Virus record (IMG/VR): IMGVR_UViG_3300042892_000790
Origin: an uncultured virus (IMG/VR IMGVR_UViG_3300042892_000790)
Lineage: Duplodnaviria > Heunggongvirae > Uroviricota > Caudoviricetes > Crassvirales
Strand: one strand, 5' to 3'
Length of the DNA stretch: 20,000 bases
The stretch's first letter is position 1, and each line of letters starts with the position of its first letter. Under the pieces are notes generated by a model. It ran no database searches, was not told the DNA's origin, and saw only the letters and a program-made list of their open reading frames with translations. The position numbers and the translations under genes were made by a program. Of this stretch, positions 1-7,747 are shown piece after piece.

Positions 1-2
1 AG

Positions 3-3000
3 ACTACTGCAGATAGCCGTACCGCAGGACACGAGGCATGGGAGGTTATGCTGAACGATGCGTTCGGCAACGATCAAGCTAAGTTCAAGGAGTTTACAGC
101 AGGCATCGACTCTCAACTAAGGGCTCAAGGTTTTACTGATATCGCTGATGCTTTGGATGCATTTGCCAGCCAGAAGGGCTACGAAGCCGTAAAATACTCG
201 GAGTACATGGCCGAGCTTGGTGGTATGTTGGTAGAGGCTGGTTTCGGAAAGGGACCACTAACGGCTCAACAGAAGACATTACTACAGAAGATCGGTGAAA
301 TCATCAACAAGTTCGCTGAGCTATTCACCGGCAAGAAGCAGTTCTTAGATCAGGCAAGCCCAGAGGATATCCTTGGATTTATGGTGACCATCTCTGAGAA
401 GGTTGCTAAGGGAGAGGACGTGTCAAGCTTCTTTAGACCAACTGAAAACACCGAAACAATAAAAGATACCAAGAAAGTGCTTTCAAATAGAAGCCAAAAG
501 ATTGGAGACTTTGATATTCAATACTTTGAAGACGAAGCTCAATTTAAGGATTTGGTTGATCGCGGATTAGTTGTTCAAAATGCATCTATTGACGAGGCTG
601 CTGGTCAGCCAGTAGCTACGCATCAGCCAGACAATTTGCTTGTAGGTAATGTAAATTACAAAGGAAAGCAGATCATGGAAGGCAATGGTGGGATTTATTA
701 TGTATTGAAGTTTGGCAATGTATGGGCATCTGGAAAACAAACCAGTGCTAAAACTCTTTCTAATTACATAAACAAATCACGCAAGGAGTCTACTGACGGA
801 ATTGGCCGTATGGTCTTAGTTCGTGGAAGTCAAGACAAGATGATTAGTTCTGTTCAAGGAGTAAAGGCAGCAATGCGTATCCTAGAGGAACTTGTTTTTG
901 ACAATCTTATTTCTACCTCTGATTTCAGAAAAGCTTTGACAGTTGCAGGTAAGGCTTATAACATTGATTTTTCTGGAAGTAATTCTGCCAAGCAAATTCA
1001 AAAGGATATTGAAGACAAGTTCATGAACGTATCAGATTCTACATTTGCTAGACGTGGAGATTTCTTCAGTACACTTGTTAATGAGATTGGAAAGCTAGAT
1101 TCTGCTAAGAAAAATATTAAGGAAATACAAAAAGCTTTAGGAGCTACTAAAAATATTCAGTTCTCAAAGGGCGGTATCCGTCAACAGATAGGAACAGTAC
1201 TTACCGAAAGACTTCTTATTGGTCTTGATTCTGGAAATGCATATGCAATTGTTGAGGTAGATGAAGACGTTATAGTTAAGAAAGACGACCAACATCCAAG
1301 CTATCCTTTTTCTATTGTTACAAAAAGTGGTAAGCCACCAGTACTAAAGGTGTTCAACTATAGACCAAAAGCTGTTGAAGCGATTACAACTATGTCCGGA
1401 GAGAAGGCGTCAAACGCTCAGCTTGGTCTTGCTCAAATGGGGATGGGCATGGGTCGTATTGCTTCTGACAAAAAGATAGTAGTTAAGTCACGCTCACAGA
1501 AGAATGTGCCAACGGTAGTAGACGAGGTTCTTACCGATGACGGCAAGGGAAACTACCTGTTCGTTCACTACTCTGATGAGAATAGAGATGTGATCAAGCC
1601 AATGTCAGGATCTAAGAGCAACTTCACAAGCCGTGAAGAGGTATCTGCGATATCTGCCGTAGGTGGTGTTGCGATGTACTACACAAAGTCAGGGCAGAAA
1701 GAGAGCGGTGTTGGGAATGTTCCACACACAGTTCTAGTTCCAAAGGACAAGGTGTACTTCTACGGAAGCACAGAAAAGGGAAAAGTATCTCACGATCCAG
1801 AAGGGTTTGAGGAAGAGGCAAGACAAAGATTCCAAGCCTACAGGAACCGTGGAAACGAGGACAGGCCAACAAAGTATGCGTTTGACGCAAACAACTCTGC
1901 AGCTTGGGTGACCAAGGTGGCCGCAGAGAACGGATACGATATGCTTGTTACCAACTGGGGAGGGCCAAAGAGCTACCGTGCACAGACAACCAAGGCATTA
2001 AAGCCAGAGGCTGAGTACACTGGTTTCAAGAAGCCAGAGCCCGTGGTGTTTGAGGTGGGTGATGAGGTCTTCTTAAATGGAAGATACTCTACTATTGTAG
2101 CCGTCGATGGAAATGTTCTTTCTTATGAATTCCAAAACGACTACGGAACATTCAATACTGGAAAGTTCCCATTGTCACAATATACAAGTGACAGGATTAC
2201 AATGATCGAGAAGGCTAAGCCGTCTGTTACAACTCGCTCTCAGAAGGTTGAGGTAAAGACCATTCCTGGATACGACAGAATGATGAACGAGGTCGAGGGT
2301 ATTATGGACAAGAGCATTAATAGAGGCAGGTCTTATAATCAAACAAGCGCTAACGCAGTTGACTACATTCAGAAGTCATCTGTTTATGAAAGGGCAGACG
2401 ATTCTCAGCGTGAGCAGATCATCCGCGACTTCAAGAAGATCAGAGGAGAGAAGTTTAAGACCGCTCCGTCTGTGGCTAAAATACTAGGCCAGATCGAGGA
2501 CGTAAAAAAGGTAACAGTAAAAGAGAGCACAGCGCTTAAGGATCAGATCAAGTTGGAGGCCAAGGCAGCCAAGGACTCTGCAGCCTTTGTAAAGCAGCTC
2601 CGCATGGACATCTCTGGTAGGTTGAAGTCTATGGTTGGCCGTGGCATGATGTCTGCTAGGCAGGCAACTGCTATTATCTCTCGCTACGACAAGATGAACA
2701 TATTGAACCCTGTAATGCGTGACCGCTTTGTAGACTACATGTCTAGGGTATTCCAAAGCGCTGAGTACATGGACAAGATCAAGGAAGCGTCAAAGCTTAG
2801 AGCGTCTATAAAGAAGGCTATGAAGTCACCAGCAAACCAAGCAGAGATTGCAAAGCTTGCTAAGGACTTTGGAGACATCGATCCGTCTCGCGTAGAGAAT
2901 ATTGACGACTATATCAACAACGCAACACAGATGCTAAACGCAGTGGCCAGAAAGACTGGAGACCCATTGATGCGTAGCCTTGTTAACGCTGGTGACATGG

Positions 3001-5747
3001 CATCTTATATTGAGACAGAAATAGAATCTCAAAGAGAGCAGATCAAGAACGAGCTACTCGATAAGTATAAAGAATTGGTCGATGCTGGTGTATTGTCAAG
3101 CGACATGACCATCAACGAAATCAAAAAGGTAATAGCCGCGATCGAGGAGAATGACAACGAGTCTGTGGCAAAGGAAGAGAAGGCCAAGGCCGCTGTCAAG
3201 GAAATGATGGCCGAGGTATCTCCATTGATTGTGCAGATCGTTAAGACCGGAGAAGATCCGTTTACAGGAGAGCCTATATCACTGACACAGGACGAAAAGA
3301 AGTCATTGATTGCATTGACTAATATTGACACTGACAGCCTTTCATTGTCAGAGGCATTGCAGGTACTTGAGTATGCTAACAACTTCGTTGCAAATGGCAT
3401 CACTTCCGGTATCGATGGAATGGTAAGCCTTTACCAAGGTGGGCTGAATGCCGGAGAGTTAGTTGATGATGGTATCAAGTCTATCCCATTGAGCAAGTAC
3501 TTCTCTGGACTAGTTGGAAGAGTATGGGGAGAAGGATTCGCAACGCTTCCAATGCTTAACAAGTTGTTATGGGGTAACACAAGGCGTGCTATAATGGTCT
3601 CTGAAAAGGCCGGAATCAATGGAGTGTCGAATGGTAAGGCCAAGGCCTTGAAGATGGTTGACAATGCTGTTAAACAGTACGTAAAGCTATTCTCGAAGAC
3701 CAAGGACTTCTTGGCAAGTGAGAATGTTGTCGAGCGTGGTGTATTTGCATTCATGTCTAGAAACGTGGTCGGCGATGAATTCCAGGCGCAAGACGAGTTT
3801 AATAGGCGCAAATCACTCATTAAGGAAACAATCCAGGCGCTATCTGACGTAGACAACAACACTGAATCAGAAATCAAGAAGGGCGAGGTCATCCAAAAGG
3901 TGTACGAAAAGGTCTTGAAAGATGCCAAGAATATTAATGACGTCAAGAAAAACGTAAGCCAGATCAACCAAGACGCTGTAAACTGGTGGATAAACAAGTG
4001 GTCTGAGAACTTCGACCGTATCGACGAGGTATCTAGAAACGTGTACAATACACAATTGTCTAGGGACATTGACTTTACACCCGACAGGTTCCAACTAAAG
4101 GAGGCACCAACAGCTGTCGAGGAAGACTTTGAATCTGGATTCTTTGGAAACTTTGAGTACGTTGACACGTCTAAGTCTGGATCACTGAGAAAAAATAACC
4201 GTATTTCTAATCTTCCAAAGGACAAGAATGGTGTTAAAACTCGTATAGTCAACCTTGACTTTGACGTGAATAACGTTAACGCATTCACGAATGCAATGGT
4301 AGACGTAGAGACCGCTAGCTCTGTGATGCAGATGAAAGGTTTTGTGACATCTAAAAACTTCTCAAAGCTTTTCTCAAACAAGGAAGACAAGAACCTTTAC
4401 AAGAAAAGACTGATCAAGTACGTAAACCGCGCCAAGGGTGGTTCTTATGTGGACCAGAATGAGCTTTCAAAGATAAATAGAACAATTAATACCATTGCAT
4501 CATTTGGTGTTGCTAAGGCATTGTTTAGTGTGTCACAGCCATTTAAGCAGTTCTTTCCTCCAATGATAAACACTTTTGTTCAGACAGGTAGGTTTGACTT
4601 AAACAAGTTGCTGTACAATGGCGGAATGGGCTTTATCGACAGCTCTGGTTATCCTATCGCCAACCGTGGTGTCGCATCTCAAGGTGAACTTAAGTCTATC
4701 AACAGACAGTTGGTAGAGGCAGAGAAGAACTTGGCCATGCGTGGACTAGATGGTGTTGCGGAGTTTAGCAACAAGACTCTTGAAATTACACTTAAGAATC
4801 CGGACATTTTTGCTGCACGTGCCTCTTGGATTTCTTTTTACTTGAGCAAATTGAAGAAGCAGGGTGTAAATATCTCTGGAATAGATTTCAATACTCACGA
4901 GCTAAATAAAGATGCGGCTGACTACGCACAGGCGATGGTCGACTCTCAGCAAAACATCAGTGACACCGACATGCAGGGAGAGATCTTCGCTAGCAAGCAG
5001 CCAGCTACTGTGTTCTTGAGACGTGCCATTCTTCCATTGATGACATTTACCTTAAACCAAAAGACTCGTATATGGTCTGACGTAAGAACCCTTTCAAATG
5101 ACGTGTCGTCAAAAGATGACAAGGTAGAGGCGGCTAAGTCTTTGTCTGGAGCATTGATCGAGTTAGTAGCGTTCCAGGGCATAGTACTTGCGTTCAAGGA
5201 GCTTTACAATGTAGTAGCAGCTGCCATCATGGGTGAAGATGAGGACGAAGAGGAAAAGAAGATTAGAAAGATGAGACAGTCTCAATCCACTGCTCAGGCA
5301 TTCATGAAGGACTTCTTCTTGCCACCGATCCCCGGGATGGATATCTTAGCTAGCAAGGGTGTCAATTACCTTTTAGACGAGACGGGCCTATCTGACGAGT
5401 TACCATACAAGTGGTACGGTATCGAGGACGAGGAGCAGAAGTTCAGGCTGTACGACAAGATGAACCAAGGTTACTTAGACATGCTTGGAACGCAGGGTAT
5501 TGCGGCAGAGAAGGCTCTTGAACTAATCGAATACTATGACGCTGCTATCGATGGTGAGTTCACCAAAGAGTACAACGGCAATAAAGTAAAAAAGGCCCTC
5601 ATGGAAGAGGACCTTGATATAGCTAGAATGAATGCTGTTATTATGACTGCTTATTATGGAGGAATATTGCCATCAGACATGGCTAACATCGTCAACATAA
5701 TGAACAAGAAGATTCAGAAGAGAGCAGAGCAGGTAGACGAGGACTAG
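3..5747 (+). CDS. Giant modular phage protein (polyvalent / internal virion protein-like), 5'-truncated by the window edge
   Basis: 1899-aa ORF from ATG 48, but the frame is open from position 3 (TTADSRTAGHEAWEVMLND), so the real start is upstream. Zincin-like region at the start, RSQK-delimited modules, an ART-like module and a long helical C-terminal region. Confidence 0.8.
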   Translation, partial: TTADSRTAGHEAWEVMLNDAFGNDQAKFKEFTAGIDSQLRAQGFTDIADALDAFASQKGYEAVKYSEYMAELGGMLVEAGFGKGPLTAQQKTLLQKIGEIINKFAELFTGKKQFLDQASPEDILGFMVTISEKVAKGEDVSSFFRPTENTETIKDTKKVLSNRSQKIGDFDIQYFEDEAQFKDLVDRGLVVQNASIDEAAGQPVATHQPDNLLVGNVNYKGKQIMEGNGGIYYVLKFGNVWASGKQTSAKTLSNYINKSRKESTDGIGRMVLVRGSQDKMISSVQGVKAAMRILEELVFDNLISTSDFRKALTVAGKAYNIDFSGSNSAKQIQKDIEDKFMNVSDSTFARRGDFFSTLVNEIGKLDSAKKNIKEIQKALGATKNIQFSKGGIRQQIGTVLTERLLIGLDSGNAYAIVEVDEDVIVKKDDQHPSYPFSIVTKSGKPPVLKVFNYRPKAVEAITTMSGEKASNAQLGLAQMGMGMGRIASDKKIVVKSRSQKNVPTVVDEVLTDDGKGNYLFVHYSDENRDVIKPMSGSKSNFTSREEVSAISAVGGVAMYYTKSGQKESGVGNVPHTVLVPKDKVYFYGSTEKGKVSHDPEGFEEEARQRFQAYRNRGNEDRPTKYAFDANNSAAWVTKVAAENGYDMLVTNWGGPKSYRAQTTKALKPEAEYTGFKKPEPVVFEVGDEVFLNGRYSTIVAVDGNVLSYEFQNDYGTFNTGKFPLSQYTSDRITMIEKAKPSVTTRSQKVEVKTIPGYDRMMNEVEGIMDKSINRGRSYNQTSANAVDYIQKSSVYERADDSQREQIIRDFKKIRGEKFKTAPSVAKILGQIEDVKKVTVKESTALKDQIKLEAKAAKDSAAFVKQLRMDISGRLKSMVGRGMMSARQATAIISRYDKMNILNPVMRDRFVDYMSRVFQSAEYMDKIKEASKLRASIKKAMKSPANQAEIAKLAKDFGDIDPSRVENIDDYINNATQMLNAVARKTGDPLMRSLVNAGDMASYIETEIESQREQIKNELLDKYKELVDAGVLSSDMTINEIKKVIAAIEENDNESVAKEEKAKAAVKEMMAEVSPLIVQIVKTGEDPFTGEPISLTQDEKKSLIALTNIDTDSLSLSEALQVLEYANNFVANGITSGIDGMVSLYQGGLNAGELVDDGIKSIPLSKYFSGLVGRVWGEGFATLPMLNKLLWGNTRRAIMVSEKAGINGVSNGKAKALKMVDNAVKQYVKLFSKTKDFLASENVVERGVFAFMSRNVVGDEFQAQDEFNRRKSLIKETIQALSDVDNNTESEIKKGEVIQKVYEKVLKDAKNINDVKKNVSQINQDAVNWWINKWSENFDRIDEVSRNVYNTQLSRDIDFTPDRFQLKEAPTAVEEDFESGFFGNFEYVDTSKSGSLRKNNRISNLPKDKNGVKTRIVNLDFDVNNVNAFTNAMVDVETASSVMQMKGFVTSKNFSKLFSNKEDKNLYKKRLIKYVNRAKGGSYVDQNELSKINRTINTIASFGVAKALFSVSQPFKQFFPPMINTFVQTGRFDLNKLLYNGGMGFIDSSGYPIANRGVASQGELKSINRQLVEAEKNLAMRGLDGVAEFSNKTLEITLKNPDIFAARASWISFYLSKLKKQGVNISGIDFNTHELNKDAADYAQAMVDSQQNISDTDMQGEIFASKQPATVFLRRAILPLMTFTLNQKTRIWSDVRTLSNDVSSKDDKVEAAKSLSGALIELVAFQGIVLAFKELYNVVAAAIMGEDEDEEEKKIRKMRQSQSTAQAFMKDFFLPPIPGMDILASKGVNYLLDETGLSDELPYKWYGIEDEEQKFRLYDKMNQGYLDMLGTQGIAAEKALELIEYYDAAIDGEFTKEYNGNKVKKALMEEDLDIARMNAVIMTAYYGGILPSDMANIVNIMNKKIQKRAEQVDED

Positions 5748-6856
5748 AACAAGTGAGTGATTCTAGCGACCTGCCCGTGCTCGGGGTGGTGGAGGAAGCC
5801 TTCCACCGCCTTGGGGGAGCCGCTGTAACCATTTCTATGGTGCCAGCTATCTGTTCCAGACGGTGATCGAAGACTCTCCACAGTGACACCGATGTAGTCC
5901 TTGGACGTCTTGTGGTGTACGTGGTGTGTATACACATAGCGATGCTTGGTCTGTGACCATGACAGCGGTGACTCTTGAGCCATAAGCAATGGCAAGTCCT
6001 GTGCCTTGGCACCATCTCCATGTGTAGATCCAATCATATTGGTCCCGTAAGTGTAATACTTTCTGTGTGCTATAGAGCAGTCAAAGGTAATATTATCGCA
6101 CTTTGAGAACCATGACTGAATCGTGTCGGCCAAAAAGAATCCATTCGTGTAGTCGTGGTTAGACGGATTAAAGCAGAAGTGCACGTCAGCAACCGTTACC
6201 AGCATCTCAAGTATCTCAATGTAAAGCTGCTTGGCGATCAAGAAGTTGTCGTACCACATGCCATCGGTGTCCTGGAACGTACCAGACGTGGTGGTTCTCC
6301 TTGGCGTGTCGATGTGCAGGATATCGTTTCCAGCAATAAATAAGATCTTATCAATATTGAATCCAGCGGTCTTGTCTAGGATTCCCTTGACGCCCTCTCT
6401 GACTCTTTGGACAGCAATTTGGTTATTGTAATCCTCGCCGGTCTCGAAAGAGCTAGCGAGCTTTCCAATGTGAATGTCTGCAGGATCGATCACCAGTAGG
6501 TGCCCGTCCTTGCTATGGCTTCTGTGGATGTGTTGGTACAAGGGTGCATAAGACTTCATCTGATCGATGATATCGTCTCTGATCTCCTCGTAAGATGGGG
6601 CAGCGTCTCCCTTTACGTTCATTGAGAAGTTCTTTCCCTTGTGCCAGTAATACTTTACCTTGTCAACGGGAACCCCTATTACGTTACACTCTTCAACCAA
6701 GGCTCTGTGCTTGGTGATTTGTCTGCATACCTCTTTTCTCACTGTCTCTTCAGACATTGGCAGATTGTACTTGTCCTTTAGGGACTTAGCAATCTGGGTC
6801 TTATTGAGTTTGCCTTCGGCAAAAAGCTCAACAGCCTCTTGTTTATATGATTTCAT
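5744..6856 (-). CDS. Calcineurin-like metallophosphoesterase with N-terminal HTH-like segment
   Basis: All five metallophosphoesterase motifs in order: DPADIHIGK, GNDILH, PSNHD, THGD, HHVHH. N-terminal 'LNKTQIAKSL...SEETVRKEV' looks like an HTH. Confidence 0.85.
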   Translation of the reverse strand: MKSYKQEAVELFAEGKLNKTQIAKSLKDKYNLPMSEETVRKEVCRQITKHRALVEECNVIGVPVDKVKYYWHKGKNFSMNVKGDAAPSYEEIRDDIIDQMKSYAPLYQHIHRSHSKDGHLLVIDPADIHIGKLASSFETGEDYNNQIAVQRVREGVKGILDKTAGFNIDKILFIAGNDILHIDTPRRTTTSGTFQDTDGMWYDNFLIAKQLYIEILEMLVTVADVHFCFNPSNHDYTNGFFLADTIQSWFSKCDNITFDCSIAHRKYYTYGTNMIGSTHGDGAKAQDLPLLMAQESPLSWSQTKHRYVYTHHVHHKTSKDYIGVTVESLRSPSGTDSWHHRNGYSGSPKAVEGFLHHPEHGQVARITHLF

Positions 6857-7028
6857 TTGTGTGGGTCGCTTGAATATCCTTTAACAAAGGTATCATAGCC
6901 TCAACGATCTTCTTCACTTCCTTGTTCTCCTGGTCCATCATGGCCTCGTAGAGGTCTGTAGACAGGCTGTTCAACTCATCCATAACCGAGTTAACGTAGT
7001 TAGATATGTTCTTGTGTTCTGGTTTCAT
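6843..7028 (-). CDS. Small helical hypothetical protein (61 aa)
   Basis: ATG at 7028 (MKPEHKN...) lies just downstream of a leader hairpin; overlaps the start of the phosphoesterase gene. The TTG start at 7061 falls inside the hairpin. Confidence 0.65.
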   Translation of the reverse strand: MKPEHKNISNYVNSVMDELNSLSTDLYEAMMDQENKEVKKIVEAMIPLLKDIQATHTNEII

Positions 7029-7037
7029 GGTGTTTAA

Positions 7038-7072
7038 AACAATGGGGCCGGAAAATTCCAAACCCCAATGTT
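7038..7072 (-). terminator. Leader hairpin followed by U-run (terminator/attenuator-like)
   Basis: Minus strand AACATTGGGG-TTTGGAATTTTCCGG-CCCCATTGTT then TT; lies between the promoter at 7095 and the ATG at 7028. Confidence 0.45.
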
Positions 7073-7094
7073 ACCCAACGAGATATGAACAAGG

Positions 7095-7127
7095 CAAAGA
7101 TAATCAGACTATACCCTGAGTTATCAA
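7095..7127 (-). promoter_or_regulatory. Bacteroidota sigma70-type promoter
   Basis: -7 element TATCTTTG (7102-7095) matches TAnnTTTG; TTG 22 nt upstream. Confidence 0.6.
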
Positions 7128-7201
7128 CAAATTGTACGCAAACATTTGCCACTATTTCTATTTATTGGCAATTGTGAGTAATTCTGCCGCATTATGGTTC
7201 G

Positions 7202-7306
7202 TAGCCAAGGAGGGATTTGAACCCTCAGTTCCTAAGTCTATGGATTTCACATATTTCGGAGGCCCATCTCTGGGGTAGCTCCGCTTCGGATATACGACAC
7301 TTGGCT
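7202..7306 (-). ncRNA. tRNA-like structured RNA (non-canonical, no recognisable anticodon arm)
   Basis: AGCCAAG (7306-7300) pairs perfectly with CTTGGCT (7209-7203) followed by discriminator A; canonical T-arm GAGGG-TTCAAAT-CCCTC; interior lacks a D-stem and is branched. Confidence 0.7.
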
Positions 7307-7307
7307 T

Positions 7308-7353
7308 GAAAAAGCCCCACGAGCAGATCTTACGGTATGCAGGTGGGGACTTT
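7308..7353 (-). terminator. Leader hairpin with U-tract immediately 5' of the tRNA-like RNA
   Basis: Minus strand AAAGTCCCCAC...GTGGGGCTTTTTC; ends adjacent to the 5' end of the acceptor stem. Confidence 0.45.
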
Positions 7354-7388
7354 CGGTCTAAGGATTCTATCCAGAGAGTGGTTCGATG

Positions 7389-7418
7389 CAAATATATGCA
7401 CAAAGTAGCGAAAAGCAA
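7389..7418 (-). promoter_or_regulatory. Bacteroidota sigma70-type promoter upstream of the tRNA-like RNA
   Basis: TTG (7418-7416), 19-nt spacer, TATATTTG (7396-7389), matching the TTTG-N19-21-TAnnTTTG consensus. Confidence 0.7.
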
Positions 7419-7419
7419 T

Positions 7420-7747
7420 ACCTTGTGCAAAAAATCCTTATTTGCCATTTTTGTGAAAAATAACCATTATATTGTGCAATTTGTGCTATTTTTGGCACAT
7501 TTAACCATTATAATGTGCAATTATTGTACAATAATGTCCTTTAAGACACCCAAAAGGGTACGAAAATGAGCCATATATGACACTTTATATGCGTTCGGGT
7601 ATAATTTGTCTGATTTATACATCATTATATGCATTTTGCTGCACTAATGAACGTATATTCCGCCAAAACTCGTTTTATTGTCAAGTTTTGGCAGGTTATA
7701 CGGAAAATAACCGATTAATGTCCAGTTTATTTACATAAAAACTGGAC
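7420..7747. repeat. Array of short inverted repeats plus one 21-nt direct repeat
   Basis: GTCCAGTTT/AAACTGGAC, GGTTAT/ATAACC, GCCAAAACT/AGTTTTGGC, perfect ATTATTGTACAATAAT, GCACATT/AATGTGC; direct repeat TAACCATTATA(T/A)TGTGCAATT at 7461 and 7502. Confidence 0.75.

Noticed and set aside
41..50. GGAGG ribosome-binding site before ATG 48
   Set aside because: Only 2 nt from the ATG, and the frame continues upstream through a zincin-like motif.
1624..5197. Minus-strand ORFs inside the giant gene, including 3431-4390 (319 aa)
   Set aside because: Antisense shadows of a long coding frame with Ser/Leu/Phe-rich composition.
7202..7306. Canonical tRNA or tmRNA
   Set aside because: No D-stem or conserved GG and no standard anticodon loop at the expected place; far too short for tmRNA and lacks G3.U70.
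7158..7569. ORFs 7158-7448 (-) and 7306-7569 (+)
   Set aside because: They overlap the promoter, hairpins and tRNA-like structure and have no recognisable protein features.
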